Positions 15,216-22,762 of a DNA stretch of 42,462 nucleotides are shown here, piece by piece; positions within the stretch are counted from its first letter, which is position 1, and every line of letters begins with the position of its first letter. The notes under the pieces were generated by a model. That model saw only the letters and a list, made by a program, of their open reading frames with translations. It had not been told where the DNA came from and made no database searches. The position numbers were made by a program, and so were the translations under genes. This DNA comes from a virus, in the IMG/VR virus record IMGVR_UViG_3300027852_000076; one strand, written 5' to 3'.

Positions 15216-16583
15216 CCACATTTTGAAAATGTAATTGAAGATAAAAAGCACAGCAAGCTTTCCTGTTCGGGCTCAAAATCCTGGTTTACTTGTTCTGGCA
15301 AGATGGCCTTCATTGACCGACTAAAATCCGCCAATCTACTGCAGGGCGATGATACAACCATTCATAGCGCTACCGGCACCGTCGCGCACGAAATCCACGA
15401 AAAATGTTTACTGGAAAAGCGCAAAGCTAAGCACTACGTGGGTGAAAAGTTTACAGTTAGAGATTTTGAAATTACTGTCACTGATGAAATGGCAGGTGCA
15501 GTACAGCAAAGCGTGGATTATGTTAATGCTAGAATAAAAGCCGCTAAAATAAAAGGCTATGCCGTTGAATTGCGGATAGAACAATGGTGTTCCCTTGAAT
15601 CGCTAAAAATACCAGGGCTGGATGGCGGAACTGCAGATGTAATAATAATTTGCTGGGAAAATGGGCCCAACAATAAACGCCAGTTGGCCAGTGTAGAAAT
15701 TATTGATTATAAGCACGGCAAAGGTGTAGCCGTAGATGTGGAAAATAATTCGCAAGCGCTTTGTTACTCCCTCGCTGTTTTACTATTACCTGAACTATTT
15801 CATGCTAGGGAAATAAAACGCGACCTTGTAAGAATCACCATCGCCCAGCCGCGAGCGTTCCACGTTGACGGTCCTTTCCGCACCTGGGATATTAGTCCGG
15901 CAGAAATAATGGATTGGTGCGAACTGGAATTAATTCCGAGCGCTAAGGCCACTAGGGATGATGACGCTAAACTGACCGCAAGCGATGAGGGTTGTTTATT
16001 TTGTCCAGCTAAAGGTCAATGTTCCGCATGGTTTAAGCACGCTGAAAAAATGCTTGAACAGGAATTTGCAGAATTTGCAGATGATGAGGAAATCGAACCG
16101 CCTGATAATGCGATGACAACAAAGCAGAAAACTTTCATAGTTAAACATGCTAAAGGTTTGCGTGGTTTTTTGGACGCCGTAGAGTCGCAAGTTTATGATG
16201 AGCTAATCGATGGTAGCACTGAATACAAGAATGATTTTAAATTAGTTAGAAAACAATCACACCGTAAATTTTTAGAAGATGCATTTGATGAGGATTTTAG
16301 TCCCTTATTTTCTGCGTTAGAATTTGATGATCTTTATGAACAGCGCACACGCACACTCGGTGATATTGAAAGAAGTTTAAACAAGGCACTTGGAAAAGAA
16401 TCAGCTAGTATTACAATGGAAAGCGTTACTATAAAACCAAAAGGTGCGCCAACCATTGCGTTAGTAGGTGATAAACGGGCGGCTGTATTATGTTCTGCAG
16501 AAGATGAATTTGCTGAATTCGCTGAAGATGAATTTGATGAATTTGATGAATTTGATGAATTTGATGAATTTGGTGAATTATAA
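15213..16583 (+). CDS. Cas4-like PD-(D/E)XK exonuclease (DUF2800 family)
   Basis: N-terminal Cys region HSKLSCSGSKSWFTCSG, nuclease core GGTADVIII...VEIIDYKHGKG and C-terminal Cys cluster CLFCPAKGQCSAW. No SD before the ATG. The C-terminus is five copies of DEF followed by GEL. Confidence 0.8.
   Translation: MPHFENVIEDKKHSKLSCSGSKSWFTCSGKMAFIDRLKSANLLQGDDTTIHSATGTVAHEIHEKCLLEKRKAKHYVGEKFTVRDFEITVTDEMAGAVQQSVDYVNARIKAAKIKGYAVELRIEQWCSLESLKIPGLDGGTADVIIICWENGPNNKRQLASVEIIDYKHGKGVAVDVENNSQALCYSLAVLLLPELFHAREIKRDLVRITIAQPRAFHVDGPFRTWDISPAEIMDWCELELIPSAKATRDDDAKLTASDEGCLFCPAKGQCSAWFKHAEKMLEQEFAEFADDEEIEPPDNAMTTKQKTFIVKHAKGLRGFLDAVESQVYDELIDGSTEYKNDFKLVRKQSHRKFLEDAFDEDFSPLFSALEFDDLYEQRTRTLGDIERSLNKALGKESASITMESVTIKPKGAPTIALVGDKRAAVLCSAEDEFAEFAEDEFDEFDEFDEFDEFGEL
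16527..16580 (+). repeat. 9-bp coding tandem repeat (5 copies of gatgaattt plus ggtgaatta) encoding DEFDEFDEFDEFDEFGEL
   Basis: Read directly at the 3' end of the nuclease gene. Confidence 0.95.
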
Positions 16584-16595
16584 AGAAGGAGGTTT

Positions 16596-16650
16596 ACACG
16601 AAACAGAAAAACACGAAACAGAAAAACACGAAACAGAAAAACACGAAACA
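16596..16650. repeat. Non-coding 15-bp tandem array (acacgaaacagaaaa, 3.7 copies). Iteron-like.
   Basis: Three perfect units (16596-16640) plus a 10-bp partial. It lies between the nuclease and SSB genes. It is preceded by AAGGAGG (16586-16592), which has no start codon behind it. Confidence 0.9.
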
Positions 16651-16680
16651 ATTAAATAAGCAAACTAGGTGTAAAGTATT

Positions 16681-17235
16681 ATGAGTAAAATTATATTGCA
16701 GGATGTGCGCTGCTCTTATGTTTTCGTTACTAGCGAAAGAAAAGATGGCGGGTACGGCCTCCAGGTAATGATGAAAAAGGGCAGTAAGCTACACAAACAA
16801 TTAGAGAAAGAAACCGAGCGAGTATTAGTTGACGGTTTCGGCCAAGCTGCGTTGCGGAAAAGAGGGCGGTATAAGTTACCTTTGCGAGACGGCGATGATG
16901 AACGCGAGGGTGAAGAATACGAAGGTATTATTTTTTTCAATGCGAACGCGGCAAAAAAGCCAGGTCTTGTTACGCGGGCAAATAACAAGCCAACCGCTAG
17001 TGACCTTGAAGCTTATTGCTATAGCGGCGCATATTTTACCATTAGTGTAACCCTATATTCCTTTCCAGCAAAAGATGGTGGCAAACCTGGGGTGGCTGTT
17101 GGTTTGAACAATGTCATGCTTAGAAAGAAAGGTGAACGATTAGACGGTACCATTGAAGCGTCAAAAGAATTTGAAGATTTTGCGGATGATGATTTTGATG
17201 AAGATGATGAAGATGATTTTGATGATGATTTTTAA
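16681..17235 (+). CDS. ssDNA-binding protein (DUF2815 family) with an acidic C-terminal tail
   Basis: N-terminus MSKIILQDVRCSYVFVTSERKD, then ...YKLPLRDGDDER...FFNANAAKKPGLV and tail DDDFDEDDEDDFDDDF. It follows the DUF2800 gene, as in known cassettes. Confidence 0.75.
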   Translation: MSKIILQDVRCSYVFVTSERKDGGYGLQVMMKKGSKLHKQLEKETERVLVDGFGQAALRKRGRYKLPLRDGDDEREGEEYEGIIFFNANAAKKPGLVTRANNKPTASDLEAYCYSGAYFTISVTLYSFPAKDGGKPGVAVGLNNVMLRKKGERLDGTIEASKEFEDFADDDFDEDDEDDFDDDF

Positions 17236-17256
17236 CAAGGCGTAAAATATTCCAGG

Positions 17257-17279
17257 GGGTCGCTAGTCGGCCCTTTTTT
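17257..17279 (+). terminator. Rho-independent terminator after the SSB gene
   Basis: Stem GGGTCG/CGGCCC (one G-U pair), loop CTAGT, then TTTTTT. Confidence 0.6.
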
Positions 17280-17295
17280 ATAAGGTGTTAAAACG

Positions 17296-18009
17296 ATGCT
17301 AAAAGCAAATACAAAGATAAAGGTAGTTTGTAAAAATTCAAAGCTATTTTGCAACAATAATGGTGAGCACGAGTTTAACGGAATAGTTTACCCCAAAGCT
17401 AACAAGGCATCCTTTGCTTATCGTAAAGGTACAATGTCAAGTGGGGTTAATGATGTGGGTTTTATGGTATCGGTGACAATAAATCATGTTCGCGTTGTTC
17501 ACCCCTTATACACAGCATGGAAAAGAATGATTAGATCATGTTATTCCAAGCGAACGATTGAACATGGGTTCTATTCAGACATGACTATGGATGACGGGTG
17601 GATTTTTTTCAGTAATTTTTTAAAATGGGCAATGTCTCGTTATAAGAATAATTGGGTTTTGTCTAATGCGATAGTGGAACCAGGGAACATGCACTATTCA
17701 CCTGCTAAATGTGTTTTTGTTCCATTCGGAATAGTTGGCCTACTTTCCACCTGCAGCAGTCAGCGCGGGGATGCTGCAATAGGTGTGCAGCGAATCAATG
17801 ATCATTGTTTTTGTGCTCATATTAGCAGGGGAAATAAAAAAACCCACCTGGGCACTTTCCCAACAGAACAAGAAGCGCTCAACGCCTATTTAAAATGTAA
17901 AGCCCAATATCTGCGGCAAATTGCAAGGCGAGATTTAGGTGGAAAAGCCGCTGTTGGATTGCGCAAACATGCAGCAATGCTTGAACAGCAAATTGTTGAA
18001 CCTAGTTAA
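17296..18009 (+). CDS. AP2/ERF-like DNA-binding domain protein, of the type often attached to phage homing-endonuclease-like genes
   Basis: YTAWKRMIRSCYS motif, FSNFLKWA, HYSPAKCVFVP, and a C-terminal AP2-like segment GNKKTHLGTFPTEQEALNAYLKCKAQ. No HNH or GIY-YIG catalytic motif was seen. Confidence 0.6.
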   Translation: MLKANTKIKVVCKNSKLFCNNNGEHEFNGIVYPKANKASFAYRKGTMSSGVNDVGFMVSVTINHVRVVHPLYTAWKRMIRSCYSKRTIEHGFYSDMTMDDGWIFFSNFLKWAMSRYKNNWVLSNAIVEPGNMHYSPAKCVFVPFGIVGLLSTCSSQRGDAAIGVQRINDHCFCAHISRGNKKTHLGTFPTEQEALNAYLKCKAQYLRQIARRDLGGKAAVGLRKHAAMLEQQIVEPS

Positions 18010-18047
18010 TATTCCCAGGAGAAAAATTAATGAGATTATATATTCAG
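17995..18047 (+). repeat. 53-bp direct repeat, copy A. It spans the last codons and stop of the AP2 gene, an RBS and the ATG at 18030.
   Basis: gttgaacctagtTaatattcccaggagaaaaattaatgagattaTatattCag. 50 of 53 positions match copy B. Confidence 0.9.
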
Positions 18048-18064
18048 AGATCGGAGGCTATCCA

Positions 18065-18190
18065 ATGAATACATTAATTTTCGCCGCCACTGCGATCATT
18101 GGAGTTTTCGGTATTTGCGTTGTTGTGTGGTCAATACTCGAAACAAGAAAGAAGTACTTTAATGAATATGTGGCAAGGAAGCGAAAATAA
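18065..18190 (+). CDS. 41-aa single-pass membrane peptide
   Basis: GGAGG lies 7 nt upstream of the ATG. Sequence MNTLIFAATAIIGVFGICVVVWSILETRKKYFNEYVARKRK. It is preceded by a 12-codon leader ORF (18030-18068, MRLYIQRSEAIQ*) whose stop overlaps its start (ATGA). Confidence 0.5.
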   Translation: MNTLIFAATAIIGVFGICVVVWSILETRKKYFNEYVARKRK

Positions 18191-18229
18191 TTAAAAGTTT
18201 TACATATTTAGATGAGCAAATTATTAAGT

Positions 18230-18282
18230 GTTGAACCTAGTGAATATTCCCAGGAGAAAAATTAATGAGATTAAATATTGAG
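18230..18282 (+). repeat. 53-bp direct repeat, copy B, offset 235 bp from copy A. It carries the RBS and start of the 58-aa ORF.
   Basis: gttgaacctagtGaatattcccaggagaaaaattaatgagattaAatattGag. Confidence 0.9.
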
Positions 18283-18441
18283 TGGATGGCCCCTTGGAGA
18301 TTCGGTGGCCCATGGAAGCTGTACGGCTACCATTTAATTAACAATAGTTTGGGAACCAAGGGTATTTGGGTTTTAGGGTTATGTGTGACCTTTACCAATG
18401 CCGAAAGCACGCACGGGGTTGGTTTAAGCATAATATTGTAA
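18265..18441 (+). CDS. 58-aa hypothetical protein (MRLNIEWMAPWRFGGPWKLYGYHLINNSLGTKGIWVLGLCVTFTNAESTHGVGLSIIL)
   Basis: I translated it by hand. It is below the track's length cutoff. It uses the duplicated AGGAG RBS/ATG of repeat copy B. Confidence 0.4.
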   Translation: MRLNIEWMAPWRFGGPWKLYGYHLINNSLGTKGIWVLGLCVTFTNAESTHGVGLSIIL

Positions 18442-18443
18442 TT

Positions 18444-18473
18444 GATCAGCACCAGGGATCAGCGCCAAGGATC
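18444..18473. repeat. 13-bp tandem units that place three GATC sites exactly 13 bp apart
   Basis: gatcagcaccagg / gatcagcgccaag / gatc, with GATC at 18444, 18457 and 18470. Confidence 0.8.
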
Positions 18474-18668
18474 GACACTAAAACCCTTAAACGGCGTTTA
18501 CATTTTGTTACTGTACATTTAAGCCAATTTTTAATAATATTGATCTATCGAATCAAAACACAGAAACAGCGGCAGCAAATTGCACAAAATCTAATTTAGT
18601 AAAGAGCGCATGTTAAATGTTAAATGTTAAATAAAAACCAAGTACATAAACACTATTAAAAAAGGCAA

Positions 18669-19007
18669 ATGATTATGGAAATTATCAAAGTTAGTAGGAC
18701 TAATAAACTGGATTTGGAATTTAAGGGCGTGCTTATTGCGAGCGCTGCAACATCATCAGATCGAGCTATGGGTTCGAGCTATAGCGGTACAACAGGGGAA
18801 TGGGAAGAACTGGCTATATATAAAAGTGAAAAAGGAAAATTTATTTGTGAGCGAATTCAGCGCACCCAATGGGCCGGAAGACATGATGTATTTGACGCTG
18901 CGGTTTGCGAAACTGACAGTGAAATAATAGAGTTTTTCGGCCATGGTGATCTCGCTTCTGATATTTACTATGACGCTAAAATAAAAAATGTCCAAATCAT
19001 CGAATAA
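18669..19007 (+). CDS. Hypothetical early protein, possibly EXLDI-family-like
   Basis: 112 aa. The pattern LEFKGVLIA...GEWEELAIYKSEKGKFICE...AAVCETDSEIIEFFG recalls that family. The match is from memory only and is weak. Confidence 0.5.
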   Translation: MIMEIIKVSRTNKLDLEFKGVLIASAATSSDRAMGSSYSGTTGEWEELAIYKSEKGKFICERIQRTQWAGRHDVFDAAVCETDSEIIEFFGHGDLASDIYYDAKIKNVQIIE

Positions 19008-19039
19008 TGATTCTAAATTACTAACGGGAGCAAATAAGC

Positions 19040-19339
19040 ATGGGTATGACCAAAGAAATGTATCAAGAGATTGTTTCCGAATTCGCAATTGAATGTGTCC
19101 AAGTATCAAATGCGTGTGGTCAAGCAATTGGTGAAGCTCTTACCGAAACAATCAGGGACTCGCAATACCCTAAATATACCAAATTCCACTTTGAAATTTT
19201 CCAAGCTTCGGAAAACCCTTTTAGTTTTCAAGTGGGTGATATTGAAGATGGTGCATTGGCGACATACTTGACGCTCTATAGTGATACTCGTGATTACATT
19301 AGTGAGCATGGTTTGTTGGTCGATAATGAAGTTGCGTAG
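19040..19339 (+). CDS. Hypothetical early protein
   Basis: 99-aa ORF on the coding strand of the early arm. No motif recognised. Confidence 0.5.
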   Translation: MGMTKEMYQEIVSEFAIECVQVSNACGQAIGEALTETIRDSQYPKYTKFHFEIFQASENPFSFQVGDIEDGALATYLTLYSDTRDYISEHGLLVDNEVA

Positions 19340-19383
19340 GTCGCGTCCGTCATAAAAACTCGGTACATATTTTATTAATAGGA

Positions 19384-19641
19384 ATGTTGAAAATGCTAAC
19401 ACTAATATCAAGACGTGAAAAACGGATAGTTTCTACCAGTAAAGTGAACACTTTCCTTTTAAGCGACGGTGACACATTGGTCATTGGTCCCCAAAGTGAG
19501 ATCACTAAGTTATGCGATTGGATAATTAATAACGGTATACAGAGCGTCTACAACGATGCCGAAGACATGTTGAAGGAGTACGGGCAATTTATGTTTAGCA
19601 CTTTGTTGGACGGTTCAACAGCAATTAGATTGTATAAATAG
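19384..19641 (+). CDS. Hypothetical early protein
   Basis: 85-aa ORF. The start may be the second ATG at 19393, which has AGGA 9 nt upstream. Confidence 0.45.
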   Translation: MLKMLTLISRREKRIVSTSKVNTFLLSDGDTLVIGPQSEITKLCDWIINNGIQSVYNDAEDMLKEYGQFMFSTLLDGSTAIRLYK

Positions 19642-19764
19642 GGTTAAAAAATTATGAAAAATGGTAACCCACCGAACCTGATTGTTTTGTAAAACTGGAC
19701 TAATTAGTGCCCTGGAACGAACTAGAACAAGAAAGGGCACCTGTAATTTAATGAGAATACTATT

Positions 19765-20205
19765 GTGATAAATAACACCGGCGCAAAGGTTCGGAATCTA
19801 CTTCTAGTAGCCACCAATGCGGGCCGACGATCGCGGGCAAATGCCTTAGGTAATCCCACGTTGCATATGCTAGAACCACCCACATTAGCACTAGAGAATG
19901 CTAGGTATGTTAAGGCGATTAAAGAGGGGCGCGTGTTGTGCGAGGTACGAAGCGAGGTACCAGGGGGTTTATATTTGCATTTTTTTGAATTTAGAAAAAC
20001 CGAATTATTAGATTTTACTATTTTGTTTGAATCCTTTGATTACGCTCAATGTGGGCATGATCCCAGGTTTTATTTTGTAGAACATGGCGACATAGAACCT
20101 GTTGAGCAAGTACACCGCCAAATTCTAAAAAGCCTATATATCCTTGGCCGCATTAGCGGGTACAGATATAAAAAGTTAATTAAGCAAATACCACGCGCGA
20201 TTTAA
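19765..20205 (+). CDS. Hypothetical early protein
   Basis: 146-aa ORF with a GTG start. No motif recognised. Confidence 0.45.
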   Translation: MINNTGAKVRNLLLVATNAGRRSRANALGNPTLHMLEPPTLALENARYVKAIKEGRVLCEVRSEVPGGLYLHFFEFRKTELLDFTILFESFDYAQCGHDPRFYFVEHGDIEPVEQVHRQILKSLYILGRISGYRYKKLIKQIPRAI

Positions 20206-20228
20206 AAACATATAAGGAATGAGCGATA

Positions 20229-20906
20229 ATGGCTAAAGTGAATAAAAGTGAATTTTTAAGTTTGTTTGAACAAGGTGAATGTTCTATTAATCTCCCAGGG
20301 TTTAGTGCTGAAATAGAAATGGACAATGATCCATTAAACCCTCGTGAAAATTCCAACCTAGGAACAATTGCCCTTTTTGAAAAACCCAAAGAATATTTAA
20401 TAGGTGATACGCACGGTGGCGAACAGTACGAATTAGTAACGGGGGCGCTCGCGGATTGGTTAGCGAAAAACAACCCCGCATTTAATACGCTACGCGCCAC
20501 TGATGACTGGCAATGGAGCACCAGTGAACAAGATCAACTAAAATACATTTTGGATAATTGCGAAAAACTAGGCTGTGAAATTATTCCGGTTTGGTTATAT
20601 GACCATTCCGGTTTTAGTTTATCCACGAAATGTATTTGTGAATGGGATAGTACACAACTTGGCGTCATCTACATTACACCTGATGAAATGCGTTACGCGT
20701 TAAATTGTAAAAGGATTAGTAAGCGAGTGCGCAACACTATGCAAGCTAAGCTGATGATTGAGCTAGAAACTTACTCTAATTATTTACAGGGCGAGGTTTA
20801 TTGTTTCAATACTATTGAAGATAGCGTGTGTGGTTACTACGGGGCCGACCATACAAAAAGCGGGTTAGCGCTCCACCTATGGGGTCATTACTTCCACGGG
20901 CAATAG
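20229..20906 (+). CDS. Conserved-looking hypothetical protein (motif DNDPLNPRENSNLGT...YLIGDTHG)
   Basis: 225 aa. I recall the D-x-D-x-x-NPRE-x-x-NLG motif from uncharacterised phage and plasmid proteins. Function unknown. Confidence 0.55.
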   Translation: MAKVNKSEFLSLFEQGECSINLPGFSAEIEMDNDPLNPRENSNLGTIALFEKPKEYLIGDTHGGEQYELVTGALADWLAKNNPAFNTLRATDDWQWSTSEQDQLKYILDNCEKLGCEIIPVWLYDHSGFSLSTKCICEWDSTQLGVIYITPDEMRYALNCKRISKRVRNTMQAKLMIELETYSNYLQGEVYCFNTIEDSVCGYYGADHTKSGLALHLWGHYFHGQ

Positions 20907-20928
20907 TAGAGATTGCTTTTAATCCACC

Positions 20929-21756
20929 TTGATAGGTGCTTTTTTCGTTTTGAAATTAAATATAAATTATTCCGGTAAAGGTGACATTATTGTGCATGTA
21001 ATTAGCCCAAATTCATTGGTAGACACTTATAAGCAAGTACGTGAACTGTGCGTGAACCAGGGTATTATTACTCGCATCGACGGGAAGCGCGTTATACACT
21101 TAAACAGCAGGTTAGAAATAAGATATGGAACCAACCACATAATAAGCCCACATGAGCTACAAAACCCTTTCCAATCTTTATTTAATGCGTTACACAATCT
21201 AGTGGCTCTTGATGTATCCAAACCTGAAAACGCCCCCGCTTGGTGTAAAAAAATAAACTTAAACCTTGCACTAGAATCTGATGCCGTGGATATTAGCAAA
21301 GTGTGTAACACTGTACCCGTGCAATTTAAAACCCTACTCCATTACAATGCAACGATTTTAAAACTACCCCCTGGGAAATTAATAATAAATTACCCAGGGG
21401 TGATACTACCCGAAAGTGATATGCAGGAAAATAATCAAAGCATTAATAACTTTAATTTAGAAAGCGTCAATCTCTTGAATTCGGAAAACATTATCAACAT
21501 TGAAGAAAACGAAATTATAGATTTTACAAATGATGTAGATTTATTTTATAGCGCATACCTTGACGATAGATTGCGAGGCATAGCCTGCGCTGAAAACTGG
21601 AAAACAGAATACTTTACCAGTATCGTTGTACCAATGGTAAAAACTATTTTAGTGCGTAAAAATTGGGGCACTCTTGCTGCAATTGATTTTGCTAGTGAAA
21701 TCAAAAATGATAATTGGCGGAGCGCTTGCCTTAATTGGTTAGCTAACAGTGATTAA
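20929..21756 (+). CDS. Hypothetical early protein
   Basis: 275-aa ORF with a TTG start as drawn. The true start is uncertain; a GTG lies near 20992. Confidence 0.45.
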   Translation: MIGAFFVLKLNINYSGKGDIIVHVISPNSLVDTYKQVRELCVNQGIITRIDGKRVIHLNSRLEIRYGTNHIISPHELQNPFQSLFNALHNLVALDVSKPENAPAWCKKINLNLALESDAVDISKVCNTVPVQFKTLLHYNATILKLPPGKLIINYPGVILPESDMQENNQSINNFNLESVNLLNSENIINIEENEIIDFTNDVDLFYSAYLDDRLRGIACAENWKTEYFTSIVVPMVKTILVRKNWGTLAAIDFASEIKNDNWRSACLNWLANSD

Positions 21757-21771
21757 AAAAGGAATACTGAA

Positions 21772-22236
21772 TTGAAATTACCAAAAATGCACATTAAAAA
21801 AGGTGATCCTGTATTTTATTCCAACGACCCCTCGCAACCCTGGGGCGGTCCAGGGGAATTTATAGATTACAGTAAGGATGGGGAGTACCTTGTTAAAATA
21901 GACCACCAGAACCCCGTAATAATCGGCTGGGAATTTGCGCTACCCGTTATACCTAGAATCTATATTCCCTATACAATAGAAACTTTTCCAGATGGGCCAG
22001 TATTGGTACTCGAAACTAATGGGCCTTTCGATCCACCGAGGTTAGTAACAGAACTGCGAGAAAATGAAGTGGTTGCAATAATCCCAAGGGGTGGGGAACC
22101 TGAGACTAATGATAGTGGTGAAAAATTCACATATAAATATTTACTGGAGTCGTGCATTATTTCAATTAATAACGGGGAAACCTGGAGCACGGGCGGTTTA
22201 GATAAAATAAAAATGTTGAGGGAAGCTTATGAGTAA
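21772..22236 (+). CDS. Hypothetical protein, paralog 1 of a tandem pair (SH3/Tudor-like N-terminus)
   Basis: TTG start with AAGGAA 8 nt upstream. It shares I..G..V.Y.ND...W.GPG.F..Y, WEF, IP.T..TFP.G.VL and FTY.YL...C..S.N.G.TW with the next gene. Confidence 0.6.
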   Translation: MKLPKMHIKKGDPVFYSNDPSQPWGGPGEFIDYSKDGEYLVKIDHQNPVIIGWEFALPVIPRIYIPYTIETFPDGPVLVLETNGPFDPPRLVTELRENEVVAIIPRGGEPETNDSGEKFTYKYLLESCIISINNGETWSTGGLDKIKMLREAYE

Positions 22237-22756
22237 AACTTTATTTCATATTCCAATAGGGGAAACTGTTCTATATAAAAATGATGCGCTGGGCGAATGG
22301 CTTGGCCCTGGAAAATTTTTAGGCTATTACGATAATCGCCGATACATGGTTGAAAGTCACGATTCCGGTACGATATTGCACTGGGAATTTGTAGCCAGGT
22401 ATAGAAAAAAAGCAATACCTTTTACAAAGGATACTTTTCCAGGGGGCATTGTACTTATAAAAGAACGTAGAAAATGGGGCAAGGTAGCAAACGCTGTAAT
22501 GTGCTGCATGGAAAATGGTATAATAATCAGCGTGGCCGGTAGTAATGATCCGATAGAGTTACCAGCACCGAGAACTGCTCACCCGCCAGGGCGACCAGCT
22601 AAAGAACCTCCCCCATTGCCGCCACCAACTAGAATGAGTGACCATGATGAATTTTTTACATACCAGTATTTATTTTCGGATTGTTTAATGTCGCTTAATA
22701 CTGGGAAAACTTGGCTAGTAGTGGGTGAGCAATTAGAAAACCAATTAACTGAGTAG
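22229..22756 (+). CDS. Hypothetical protein, paralog 2, carrying a proline-rich insert
   Basis: Same motif series as 21772-22236, plus the insert PAPRTAHPPGRPAKEPPPLPPPTRM. It overlaps paralog 1 by 8 nt. Confidence 0.6.
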   Translation: MSKTLFHIPIGETVLYKNDALGEWLGPGKFLGYYDNRRYMVESHDSGTILHWEFVARYRKKAIPFTKDTFPGGIVLIKERRKWGKVANAVMCCMENGIIISVAGSNDPIELPAPRTAHPPGRPAKEPPPLPPPTRMSDHDEFFTYQYLFSDCLMSLNTGKTWLVVGEQLENQLTE

Positions 22757-22762
22757 TAAAAA

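Noticed and set aside
16334-16659. ORFs reading through the 9-bp and 15-bp arrays (FRVFLFRVFL on the minus strand, MNLMNLMNL...HETEKHETEK on the plus strand)
   Set aside because: Both are repeat-driven open frames with no RBS and periodic nonsense-like sequence. The region is better explained as the 3' end of the nuclease gene plus a non-coding array.
18366-18599. 77-aa plus-strand ORF overlapping the end of the 58-aa ORF and the GATC-repeat spacer
   Set aside because: It has a non-ATG start, no RBS and an odd composition. It overlaps a better-supported small ORF that uses the duplicated RBS/ATG.
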